Assembly: GCA_964443435.1 (NCBI GenBank)
Contig: CAYUCW010000001.1
Span: forward strand, 11,474 to 75,473
Reading direction: 5' to 3'
Length of the DNA: 64,000 nt
DNA from: an uncultured Caulobacteraceae bacterium
GTDB lineage: Bacteria; Pseudomonadota; Alphaproteobacteria; Caulobacterales; Aquidulcibacteraceae
Below, in pieces: positions 1 through 9,626 of the stretch. Below the pieces are notes generated by a model. It did not search any database, had not been told where the DNA came from, and saw only the letters and a list, made by a program, of their open reading frames with translations. Position 1 is the stretch's first letter. Each line of letters starts with the position of its first letter. A program made the translations under genes and the position numbers.

Positions 1-2
1 AT

Positions 3-701
<699 letters not shown>

Positions 702-743
702 TTATTTATATTGGCAGAATCGTTTTTGCCTTTATACTTAATT

Positions 744-1493
744 ATGAGTTTTCCATTAAATTTACCTTTATTCGGGCAAAATATTCCAAGTCATAGTATT
801 CTTGAAACATTGTCTTATTTTATTGGGTATCGTTTCTATTTATTCTTAAAGCATAAATGGAAAGATGATTATGGCGACGAAGCACGCCTTAATATTTTTG
901 TTGGCGCAATATTAGGTGCGGCTATAGGGTCTAAACTTTTAGGTTTTTTAGAGCATAAAATTTTATGGAGTTTAGCACTAGAAAATATAATTCATATAAT
1001 GGCTGCAAAAACAATTCTTGGCGGATTAATCGGTGGCACAATTGGGGTTGAAATCGTAAAATTCTTTTGCAAGATCAAAAGATCTAGTGGTGATCTATAT
1101 GTTTTTCCAATAATATTGGGAATTATAATTGGTCGCATCGGCTGTTTCTTGGATGGCGTTAATGATGGAACCTGGGGAAATAAAACAAGCTTTATTATGG
1201 GAATAGATGGTGGTGATGGGGTATTGCGCCATCCAACCCCTCTTTATGAAATTATCTTTTTAAGTTTGCTATTTATAAGTTTGTGGAAAATTAAGCCAAA
1301 AATTAAAACTGAAGGTGATTTGTATAAAATCTTTCTTGGTTCTTATTGTTTTTGGCGATTTTCAATTGAGTTTATAAAGCCTATCGAAACTCATACTATT
1401 TTGAATCTTTCTTTTATCCAGATGGCATCAATACTTATGATTGTATATTATTTTTTTGTGTTTATCATGCGAAGAAAAAGAAGGATAATTTAA
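744..1493 (+). CDS. Prolipoprotein diacylglyceryl transferase (Lgt)-family membrane protein, divergent paralog
   Basis: GRIGCFLDG, RHPTPLYE and YCFWRFSIEFIK correspond to Lgt GRLGNFING, RHPSQLYE and RxxxEFxR; multiple TM segments. ATG 744 preferred over 711. Confidence 0.85.
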   Translation: MSFPLNLPLFGQNIPSHSILETLSYFIGYRFYLFLKHKWKDDYGDEARLNIFVGAILGAAIGSKLLGFLEHKILWSLALENIIHIMAAKTILGGLIGGTIGVEIVKFFCKIKRSSGDLYVFPIILGIIIGRIGCFLDGVNDGTWGNKTSFIMGIDGGDGVLRHPTPLYEIIFLSLLFISLWKIKPKIKTEGDLYKIFLGSYCFWRFSIEFIKPIETHTILNLSFIQMASILMIVYYFFVFIMRRKRRII

Positions 1494-2878
1494 TGCCAGT
1501 TCGTGATTATGTTTTTTATGAATTAACGAATAGCATTTGTCCTGATTGCTTCAAAAAATTAGAAGCAAAAATAATTATACAAGACAATAAAGTATATTTG
1601 GTGAAGCAATGCCCAGATCATGGGAAGTTTAAAGTCCTCATTTCTGATGATGCCGAATATTATAAAAAGACCAGAGATTTCCTTAAGCCTGGTGATATCC
1701 CTATTAAATTTAGTAAAAAAGTTGAACTTGGCTGCCCTTATGATTGTGGGCTCTGCACAGATCATGAACAACATTCATGTGTTTCAATCATAGAACTTAC
1801 CGATAGATGCAATCTTACCTGTCCTGTTTGCTATGCATCTTCTTCACCTTCGAGTGGAAGCCATAGGAAGCTTGAAGAAGTCAAAGCAATGATTGATATT
1901 ATTGTCAAAGCCGAAGGCGAGCCAGACGTAGTGCAATTGTCAGGAGGAGAACCAACGCTTCATCCAGATTTTTTTGAAATTCTCGATTATTGCAAAACAA
2001 AGCCTATTCGCCATTTAATGATTAATACAAATGGCTATAGAATTGCCAATGAGCCAGATTTTGTAAAAAGACTTAGCATGTATATGCCATCTTTGGAAAT
2101 TTATCTTCAATTTGATAGTTTTGAAAAAGAAACTCTAATTAAATTACGTGGGCAAGATGTTACAATTTGGCGTGAAAATGCGATTAAACATCTTAATCAA
2201 TATAATATTTCTACGACTTTAGTTGTTACTTTACAAAAAGGCCTAAATGACAGTGAAATTGGTAAAATAACTGATTTTGCAAAAGATCAAAAATGCATAA
2301 GAGGGGTAACATTTCAACCAACCCAATACGCAGGTAGAATTGAAAATTTTGATCCTGAACTTGATAGGCTTACATTAAGCGCGGTACGAAATGAAATTTT
2401 AAAACAATCTGAAATTTTTAATGCCGAAGATTTAATTCCTGTTCCATGCCACCCTGATGCAATTATGATGGGCTATGCATTGAAGCTTGGCGATGAAATA
2501 TTGCCACTAACAAGATATTTTAGTCCTGAAGACCTTTTAAGTGCCACTCGAAACACAATAAACTTTGAAACTCTTCCTGAAATTCAATCAAAGCTTTTTG
2601 AATTATTTTCGACCTCTAATTCCCCACAAGATTGCACTGAGAAAATTGCAGAAATTATGTGCTGTTTGCCAAAAATCGAAATAGGGCAGTTAAATTATTC
2701 AAATTTGTTTAGAATTATTATTATGAAATTCTATGATGCTTATGATTTTGATGTGCGCGGTGTTAAAAAATCTTGCGTTCATATTGTGCATAAAGACGGA
2801 CGCATAATTCCTTTTGATACTATGAATTTATTTTATAGAGATCCTAAAGATGAAGCAAAACTTATGGGGGCAAGGTAA
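1493..2878 (+). CDS. Radical SAM protein of the Tes/GDGT-MAS (MJ0619)-like family
   Basis: N-terminal CPDC...CPDHG, GCPYDCGLCTDH, radical SAM CNLTCPVC, SGGEPT, NTNG, YLQFD, C-terminal KKSCVH...DGRIIPF. Confidence 0.85.
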   Translation: MPVRDYVFYELTNSICPDCFKKLEAKIIIQDNKVYLVKQCPDHGKFKVLISDDAEYYKKTRDFLKPGDIPIKFSKKVELGCPYDCGLCTDHEQHSCVSIIELTDRCNLTCPVCYASSSPSSGSHRKLEEVKAMIDIIVKAEGEPDVVQLSGGEPTLHPDFFEILDYCKTKPIRHLMINTNGYRIANEPDFVKRLSMYMPSLEIYLQFDSFEKETLIKLRGQDVTIWRENAIKHLNQYNISTTLVVTLQKGLNDSEIGKITDFAKDQKCIRGVTFQPTQYAGRIENFDPELDRLTLSAVRNEILKQSEIFNAEDLIPVPCHPDAIMMGYALKLGDEILPLTRYFSPEDLLSATRNTINFETLPEIQSKLFELFSTSNSPQDCTEKIAEIMCCLPKIEIGQLNYSNLFRIIIMKFYDAYDFDVRGVKKSCVHIVHKDGRIIPFDTMNLFYRDPKDEAKLMGAR

Positions 2879-3147
2879 TGGATGAGCCAATTAAAAAGTT
2901 TAATTATTTACAATTGAGCGGTATCTATCTTATTATTATAGTTATTGCTAATTTTATTGGAGGTTTAGGGTTAGCCGCTTTTATTCAATTACCTGTAATT
3001 TTAATAACTTTTTTTGTCGCGATCGTGTTAAGTTTTAGTAAACCATTTGATAAACAATACTGGATTTTATTTGGTATAGCTATATTAATAAGTGGGCCAA
3101 GTTGCTTTTTATTAGGAATGTTTAATTTGGCATATAGGTATTATTAA
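2878..3147 (+). CDS. Small membrane protein (about 3 TM), paralog of the next gene
   Basis: Hydrophobic 89 aa; TAATG overlap with the rSAM stop; WILFGIAILISGPSCF motif. Confidence 0.75.
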   Translation: MDEPIKKFNYLQLSGIYLIIIVIANFIGGLGLAAFIQLPVILITFFVAIVLSFSKPFDKQYWILFGIAILISGPSCFLLGMFNLAYRYY

Positions 3148-3470
3148 TGGGTACAATAACACCAAAAAAACTATATATTGGCTTCAGCGCTATATATGTA
3201 ATTATTATACTTATTTTTCATTTATACTTCCGTGATGACCATTTAGGTTTACTAGTAGTATTTGCAGCTCAATTCACTTTTATAGTTCTTGTATTTGCAA
3301 TTGCAATTATTGCGAGCTTAACTTTATTTCTAATAAAACCTGAATTAATAAAACATTTCTGGATATTTTTTGGTCTTACTGTACTTTTAAGCGGTGCTCA
3401 GTGTTTTTATATTTTTGCAATAGAAGCAATTATAACAAATAATGAGTTGTATATTTTGAACGGAAAATAA
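3147..3470 (+). CDS. Small membrane protein (about 3 TM), paralog of the previous gene
   Basis: Hydrophobic 107 aa; TAATG overlap; WIFFGLTVLLSGAQCF motif. Confidence 0.75.
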   Translation: MGTITPKKLYIGFSAIYVIIILIFHLYFRDDHLGLLVVFAAQFTFIVLVFAIAIIASLTLFLIKPELIKHFWIFFGLTVLLSGAQCFYIFAIEAIITNNELYILNGK

Positions 3471-3486
3471 TTTTTCGAAAAAATTA

Positions 3487-4065
3487 CTAAATAACCGTAA
3501 TCAACCAAAAGCCAAAAACAATAAAGAAAGCCACTGCGCCAGTAACCCAATAAAGCTGTTTTTCAATAAATGGCTCTATGCTAGGGCCAAATTTCTGTGC
3601 AAGCCATGCAACACCAAAAAATCTTGCACCTCTTGTAATTGCACATGACATTACAAAAACAAAGAAATTGAATTTCGTCATTCCTGAAAGAATGGTCACA
3701 AGCTTAAAAGGAATTGGCGTAAGGCCTTTAATAAGAATTACTAAAGCACCATATTTTTGGAATTGCTCATTGAAATGAACCATTTTTTCGGCATAGCCAT
3801 AGAATTCCATTAATGGCTTTCCTACTGTATCCATCAAGAATAAACCAATAAAATAGCCAAAAATACCACCTAACACTGAGGCAATTGTTGCAATTAAAGC
3901 GGTTTTCCACCAATTTTTTGGATTTGTTGCCGCCATTGGTAAAATCATAACGTCGGGCGGAATTGGGAAGAAAGAAGCTTCGGCAAAAGAAACGATGGCA
4001 AGTGCTGGATTAGCTTTTTCAGATGCAGCAAGAGTTCTAAGTTTTAAATATAAGTTTTTAAGCAT
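3487..4065 (-). CDS. YqaA/DedA (VTT domain) membrane protein
   Basis: SFAEASFFPIPPDVM, ATIASVLGGIFGY, TPIPFKL. Start taken at ATG 4065. Confidence 0.9.
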   Translation of the reverse strand: MLKNLYLKLRTLAASEKANPALAIVSFAEASFFPIPPDVMILPMAATNPKNWWKTALIATIASVLGGIFGYFIGLFLMDTVGKPLMEFYGYAEKMVHFNEQFQKYGALVILIKGLTPIPFKLVTILSGMTKFNFFVFVMSCAITRGARFFGVAWLAQKFGPSIEPFIEKQLYWVTGAVAFFIVFGFWLITVI

Positions 4066-4197
4066 GAACCCAAATAACCATTTTATGATAAATAATAAAT
4101 TAAGAAATGCATGAAACCTCAATTATTTTGCAAAATAATATGATTTTGCTTGTAAATAATCAATTTTCGTGTCTAATTTAACTATGGAGGGGCTATT

Positions 4198-4611
4198 ATG
4201 AAATTATTTGGTGTAAAATTAGTACCGATTTTAGTTGCGGCGCTTGCGGCATATATCGTTGGAATGGTTATTTATGGGTTGTTATTTTCGGCGCAATGGA
4301 TGGCCTGGAGTGGTAAAACCGCGGAGTCTTTCAAAGGGCTTGAATGGCGAATGGCGCTTAGTCCGATTATGCCACTTGTACTATCTTTTGGCATAGCTAA
4401 AGCAATTAATGCCCGAAATATAGTAAATTGGATATCTGGTCTAAAACTAGGCGTTTTTATCGGCCTATTTTTAACAATTTCGACAAGACTTTATACTTTT
4501 GTCTATGGTACAGAGCCAATAGAATTATACCTTCTTGATAGTGTTCATTTTATATTGATTAGTGCTGTATGTGGTGCAATTCTTGCTAAAATGAAAGTCG
4601 GTGAAGTTTAA
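4198..4611 (+). CDS. DUF1761-like membrane protein
   Basis: 4 TM; N-terminal AALAAYIVGMVIYGLLFSAQWM pattern. Confidence 0.65.
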   Translation: MKLFGVKLVPILVAALAAYIVGMVIYGLLFSAQWMAWSGKTAESFKGLEWRMALSPIMPLVLSFGIAKAINARNIVNWISGLKLGVFIGLFLTISTRLYTFVYGTEPIELYLLDSVHFILISAVCGAILAKMKVGEV

Positions 4612-4686
4612 ACTGCTATTTCAAGAAAACTAACTTGGAATTTTCGGATAATAATGTAAGCCAATTATTATAAATTGGTTTTTAAA

Positions 4687-5472
4687 ATGCGTATTTTACT
4701 TGTAAATGATGATGGAATTAATGCTGAAGGCTTTGCGGTTCTCGAGAAAATTGCAAATGCACTAAGTGATGATGTTTGGGCGGTTGCGCCCGATAAAGAA
4801 AGATCGGCGGTTTCACGCGCAATAACTTTGCATGATCCCATTAAAGTAAAGCAATTAGGACCAAAAAGATTTGCATGCTCTGGTACCCCAACTGATTGCG
4901 TTATTATTGGTGTACTTGACATTCTAAAAGATAAAAAGCCAGATTTAATTTTATCGGGGGTTAATCGTGGGCAAAACTTGGCGGAAGATGTCACGGTTTC
5001 TGGAACGGTTGCGGGCGCAGTGCAAGGTATGCAAATGGGCATTAAATCAATCGCGCTTTCGCAAACTATTGATTTTTCTGACTATGGCCCCGCTTGTTTT
5101 GAAGTTGCAGAAAAATATAGCGTCGAGATTATAAAAAAGCTTTTAAATGCTTTTTGGCCGCCAACAATTGTTATGAATGTTAATTTCCCAATGAAAATTT
5201 GTATGAAAAACATTGATGAAGCAATCATAGAAGCAACTTCACAAGGTGCACGCGAAGAAGATGTTAATCATGTTCACAAGCGTGAAGATTTGCGCGGAAG
5301 TGAATATTATTGGCTTGGCTATAATCAACAAGAACATTTACCGCCATTAGGTACGGATTTACGCGCGGTTATGGATGGTAATATTTCTATAACTCCATTG
5401 CATATTGATTTAACTTCACGAAGCGTATTAAATGAGCTTGCAAAAGATTTTGTAACAAAATTGGAAAATTAA
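4687..5472 (+). CDS. surE: 5'/3'-nucleotidase SurE
   Basis: MRILLVNDDGINAEG, GTPTDCV, SGVNRGQN, SGTVAGA. Confidence 0.97.
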   Translation: MRILLVNDDGINAEGFAVLEKIANALSDDVWAVAPDKERSAVSRAITLHDPIKVKQLGPKRFACSGTPTDCVIIGVLDILKDKKPDLILSGVNRGQNLAEDVTVSGTVAGAVQGMQMGIKSIALSQTIDFSDYGPACFEVAEKYSVEIIKKLLNAFWPPTIVMNVNFPMKICMKNIDEAIIEATSQGAREEDVNHVHKREDLRGSEYYWLGYNQQEHLPPLGTDLRAVMDGNISITPLHIDLTSRSVLNELAKDFVTKLEN

Positions 5473-6107
5473 TGGATTCAACGGCTTCGCGCGCAAAATT
5501 AATTCTGGCATTAAGGCAACAGGGCATAAGAGACCCAAGAGTGCTTACAGTGCTAGAAACAGTGCCGCGTGAACTATTTGTTGCCCCCGAATTTGCACCG
5601 CGCGCTTGGGATAATTCGGCGCTTCCTATAAGTTTTGGACAAACAATTTCACAGCCCTTTGTGGTTGGTGCTATGACTGCGGCACTTGAACTTTCAGGTA
5701 ATGAATTTGTCTTAGAAATTGGAACTGGTTCAGGTTATCAAACCGCAATTCTTTCAAAGCTTGCGCGGCGTGTTTTCACGATTGAGCGCTATCGTCCTTT
5801 AATGAAAGAAGCGCAAAAACGCTTTGAAGCTTTGGGGCTAACTAATATTGTTGCAAAATGTGATGATGGTGCAAATGGCTGGGTAGAGCAGGGGAAGTTT
5901 GACGCAATAATCGCAACTTGTGCTTTTGCCAATCGCCCAGATAGTTTGCTTGCGCAATTAAAAATTGGTGGCCGATTTATTGTACCAGTTGGTCAAGGAA
6001 GCGTGCAAGAGCTTTTAAGATATAGACTACGCGAAGATGGCGTATTCGAAGAAGAAGCTTTGATGGATGTGCGTTTTGTGCCGCAACTTCCTGGGATATC
6101 TGGATAA
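5472..6107 (+). CDS. pcm: Protein-L-isoaspartate O-methyltransferase
   Basis: GQTISQP, VLEIGTGSGYQTAILS; follows surE with a TAATG overlap. Confidence 0.97.
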   Translation: MDSTASRAKLILALRQQGIRDPRVLTVLETVPRELFVAPEFAPRAWDNSALPISFGQTISQPFVVGAMTAALELSGNEFVLEIGTGSGYQTAILSKLARRVFTIERYRPLMKEAQKRFEALGLTNIVAKCDDGANGWVEQGKFDAIIATCAFANRPDSLLAQLKIGGRFIVPVGQGSVQELLRYRLREDGVFEEEALMDVRFVPQLPGISG

Positions 6108-6147
6108 TATTAAGCACCTATAAACCATGTTTTGCCATAATTAGATT

Positions 6148-7305
6148 ATGCGAAATAAAAGAATTATTTTTGGCTTATTTGTTTTCACCCAATTATTATG
6201 TGTGAATGGCTTTGCGCAAACAAAGTTAAATGAAGTTGCCCCGGCTGGGACTGCGAAATTTGATCCGAAAAACCCGCCAACTGAAACTATTGTTAAAAAC
6301 CGTGAAACACTTTTCGATATTGCAGAAAGAACACGCTCACCGCTTGAGGGGATAATCGAAGAAAATAATCTTTCGCCGCCCTATAGCTTGGTAGCAGGGC
6401 AGAAAATCAAGCTTCCTCCTCTAAAGGTTCATATTGTTCAAAAAGGTGAAAAGCTTGAAACCATTGCCGCAAGATATAGTATAAATCTTCGTTCGCTTGC
6501 CGTTTTTAATAATCTTAGTCAACCTTATAATATAAAAAGAGGCCAAAAAATTATAATGCCTGCAATGGTGCAGGATAGCTTAACTGGTAAAGAAGCTATT
6601 GACCTCATAAGTTTGATTACTGGGGAAATTAATAGCGGTAAAAAAGTATCTGGCAATAATGGCGGTGCGATTTCAATCCGTAGAGATAATACAATACCGC
6701 AATTACCAAAGGGGTTTAGCGGTATAGATTCCGTGCCTATCGCGCAGCCGGTTAATCCGGTTCCAAAACCGAAATCTAATGTGCCCAATACTGCCATTAA
6801 TTCACCAAAGCCTAATATTGCAACCAAGCCAAAAGCAATAAGTACCGAAGCTAATACTAATCAGATAAATCCACCAAAAACTAATGTAAATCCAACGCCA
6901 AATAATGCGATTATTAATGTTGTGAATGGTCGTTTTTCTTGGCCTATTAAGGGAAATATCCTTGAAACTTTTGGCGAAAAGCGCAATTTTGTTAAAAATG
7001 ACGGAATTGATATTGCTGCGCCATTAAATACGCCATTCAAAGCTACTGCCGATGGGGAAGTTGCCTTTGTTTCAGATAAGATTACGGGATATGGCTGGCT
7101 TGTTTTGATAAAGCACAAGGATGGATTTCTAAGCACTTACGCTTATGCCAATAAAATTATTGTTAAAGAAGGTGATATAGTCAAAAAAGGTCAAGAAATT
7201 GGCTTAATTGGGCAAACTGGCCGTGCCACAAGCCCAAGGCTTCACTTTCAAATTCGTAATGGACTTAGTCCAATTGATCCTACGCCACATTTAAATAGAG
7301 GCTAA
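6148..7305 (+). CDS. LysM + M23 peptidase-domain protein (NlpD/DipM-like)
   Basis: Signal peptide, two LysM repeats, Pro/Asn-rich linker, C-terminal WPIKG..NDGIDI..LHFQIR; surE-pcm-nlpD synteny. Confidence 0.9.
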   Translation: MRNKRIIFGLFVFTQLLCVNGFAQTKLNEVAPAGTAKFDPKNPPTETIVKNRETLFDIAERTRSPLEGIIEENNLSPPYSLVAGQKIKLPPLKVHIVQKGEKLETIAARYSINLRSLAVFNNLSQPYNIKRGQKIIMPAMVQDSLTGKEAIDLISLITGEINSGKKVSGNNGGAISIRRDNTIPQLPKGFSGIDSVPIAQPVNPVPKPKSNVPNTAINSPKPNIATKPKAISTEANTNQINPPKTNVNPTPNNAIINVVNGRFSWPIKGNILETFGEKRNFVKNDGIDIAAPLNTPFKATADGEVAFVSDKITGYGWLVLIKHKDGFLSTYAYANKIIVKEGDIVKKGQEIGLIGQTGRATSPRLHFQIRNGLSPIDPTPHLNRG

Positions 7306-7306
7306 A

Positions 7307-7774
7307 ATGAAAAATCTTATTATTATTTCCCTTATTGGGCTTTCATTAGCTGCTTGTTCAAAATCAGAAGAAACAAATTCGGGTGAGGCTTTAAAAATTG
7401 AAGCAATGCAGGATAAAAAAGAACCTGAAAACAAAGTCGTTCAAAAGGCTTTTGCCAAGAATTTATTGATTGGAAATTGGGCACAAACCAGTGAAAAATG
7501 TAATTCAAGCGAAGCCATGAGTTTTAAGTCTAATGGCGAATATGACACTTCTGAAATTACTGGAAATTGGTCATTAAAATCCAATATTATAAATGTTAAA
7601 TTACCAAGCGAAGAAGAAAGCCTTGGTCAAGCAGAGCTTAATGAAATTGATCTCAAAATCCTTGCTTTAGATGCGAATACGCTAAAACTAAGGGCTGCGG
7701 ATAACGAAAAAATTACTCTTATTCGTTGCACCATAGAGCCAATCGAACAAGAAGACGAAATTTTGGCAAAATAA
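7307..7774 (+). CDS. Hypothetical lipoprotein
   Basis: Signal peptide with lipobox LAAC. Confidence 0.7.
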   Translation: MKNLIIISLIGLSLAACSKSEETNSGEALKIEAMQDKKEPENKVVQKAFAKNLLIGNWAQTSEKCNSSEAMSFKSNGEYDTSEITGNWSLKSNIINVKLPSEEESLGQAELNEIDLKILALDANTLKLRAADNEKITLIRCTIEPIEQEDEILAK

Positions 7775-7806
7775 AAGCCCCTATCGTTATGGGTCGATAA
7801 GGGCTT
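7775..7806. terminator. Hairpin between convergent genes, probable terminator
   Basis: AAGCCC-CTATCG / CGATAA-GGGCTT inverted repeat. Confidence 0.5.
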
Positions 7807-7829
7807 AGATTTAGTTTAAATTATTAAGA

Positions 7830-8333
7830 TTAAAACTTGCGTGAATAAGCAATAGAGAATAAATCTACGCCATCATTTTTAGTTAAACGAGTATAGTCCA
7901 TACGGATACCATTTTTGCCATCAAAGCTATATTCAGCGCCAACGCCTGCTGCGAAGCTACCATCATCGTCTTTAGCTGTTACGCCGAAAGCTTTTGCTTC
8001 TGCCCAAGTGTGAGCATAGCCCATACGGCCTAATAGACTGAATTTTTCGCTTACTGGTAAAATGCCAACTGCATATGCGCCAAGATTACCTTTTTCTTTA
8101 ACTTCAACGCCAAGAACAGTATCTTCATCTATGCCAAAACCACCTTCAGCTTCAACTGCAAAGTTTTTGTTTACAACGTAACCAACGCGTCCTGTTACAG
8201 ATGCAGTATCTGTTGCATCAGTATGTCTTTGTGTAACGCCAGCGTTTACATAAACATTATCTAAGCCTTGAGCCATTGCACCAGAAGCAATAAGAGCAGA
8301 AGTTGCAATTGTAGCAATAATTAATTTACGCAT
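7830..8333 (-). CDS. Small outer-membrane beta-barrel protein (OmpA/OmpW-like TM domain)
   Basis: Signal peptide, alternating beta strands, GAEYSF, C-terminal YSRKF. Confidence 0.85.
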   Translation of the reverse strand: MRKLIIATIATSALIASGAMAQGLDNVYVNAGVTQRHTDATDTASVTGRVGYVVNKNFAVEAEGGFGIDEDTVLGVEVKEKGNLGAYAVGILPVSEKFSLLGRMGYAHTWAEAKAFGVTAKDDDGSFAAGVGAEYSFDGKNGIRMDYTRLTKNDGVDLFSIAYSRKF

Positions 8334-8680
8334 TTAAATCTCCATTTTAAAAAACCGAACTTAATAAGAATGTTTCGGTGTAGTCTGAAAATAAGTATTG
8401 GCGTAGGTTAATTCAACTGTCTTTTTCGTAATAATATGTTCAAAAAAACAAGTGTGTTCAATGGGTTACACATTATGTTTAAAATGTGTTCTTAAGATGA
8501 ACCTAAGATGAATATTCATAGTTTTTGACATAATTTCGCCTTAAGGGTTGCGCTTTTGTAATTTTTGGAATCTTTATTTTTTTCGCTTTTAATGACTTTA
8601 ATAGATTTTCTTAATGTAGATTCTGTTCTGATTAACTTATTAGCAACTAGATATTAAACTTTTAGCTTTATAATAAGTGT

Positions 8681-9589
8681 ATGTCTGCTGCTCCTGAACC
8701 AGAAATTAAAGAAACTAAAGTCAAAACCCCACTAGCTCTTAAGTTAAAAGCGTGGTGGGGCGGCGTTTCTGTGGAAGAAGTAATAAATCCACCAATTGAT
8801 GCCGAAGCGAAAAATGATTCAGCTCCTAAGTCTTCATTAGAATATATAAATGTATGTGAGATTATGTGGGGTAAGGGCCGGACTTCGCCAATTGAAGACA
8901 AGCTAGATTTATTATTTGCAAGCTCACTTGCCATTACAAAAGATAAAAAACTTTATTTATTTGGGCAAGAAGCAGGGGCCAGGGCCTTTGGGATTATTAA
9001 TGCATTAGATTGTAAAATAGATGCTTATGAAAATAATCCAGAGCTTAAAAAACATATTGATCAGATAGTAAAAAAAGAAAAAATCAAAAATTACTCATCT
9101 CATATTTATGATAATAAACCTGGAAGTCTTCCAAAGAATAAAGCGGATGCACTTGCATTTGCTTATAATTGTGTTTCACAAGAAGCCTTAGAAGCTAATA
9201 TTTTTTCTATTGCCCGTATTTTAAAACCTAATGGATTTTGTGTTTTGGTGGATTTTGTTGCCAGAAGCCAAGCCGAAGATTTTTCAAAATCAATTGGCAA
9301 TGAAATGCGGAGCTTTGTAACTGAGGAAGATATTATAAATTGCATTTCTGCGGCTGGGCTTGTCATTCGTGAAGAAGATGATTGGTCGGCAAATTTTATA
9401 AATATGTATTTTGCAAAGCAAAATAGAATGAAAGATAGCCTAGAAGAAGTAATGGCGAAAATCATTAAATCTGGCGGCATGGGCGCGGCAAATATTGCTT
9501 TAAATGAGATTATTTGTTGGCGCGATAGGGTTGAGGCACTTAAATCTGGTCGCCTTAGTATTAAAAAATACCTTATTTCAAAACAATAA
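8681..9589 (+). CDS. Class I SAM-dependent methyltransferase-like protein
   Basis: MWGKGRTSP, ILKPNGFCVLVDF; SAM glycine loop degenerate. Confidence 0.6.
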   Translation: MSAAPEPEIKETKVKTPLALKLKAWWGGVSVEEVINPPIDAEAKNDSAPKSSLEYINVCEIMWGKGRTSPIEDKLDLLFASSLAITKDKKLYLFGQEAGARAFGIINALDCKIDAYENNPELKKHIDQIVKKEKIKNYSSHIYDNKPGSLPKNKADALAFAYNCVSQEALEANIFSIARILKPNGFCVLVDFVARSQAEDFSKSIGNEMRSFVTEEDIINCISAAGLVIREEDDWSANFINMYFAKQNRMKDSLEEVMAKIIKSGGMGAANIALNEIICWRDRVEALKSGRLSIKKYLISKQ

Positions 9590-9626
9590 TATTTAATATT
9601 TTTGAAAATATGCTTATTAGTTTTTT

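Noticed and set aside
2878-3470. Calling the two small membrane proteins ordinary lipoproteins
   Set aside because: The Cys follows the last of several TM helices and SGPSC/SGAQC is not a canonical lipobox; kept only as a hypothesis for the divergent Lgt.
6700-6920. Pro/Asn/Lys repeats in the DipM/NlpD-like gene
   Set aside because: Ordinary low-complexity linker between the LysM and M23 domains.
8492-8506. TTAA-N7-CTAA and the TAAGATGAA direct repeat in the omp/methyltransferase spacer
   Set aside because: Imperfect and expected by chance at this AT content.
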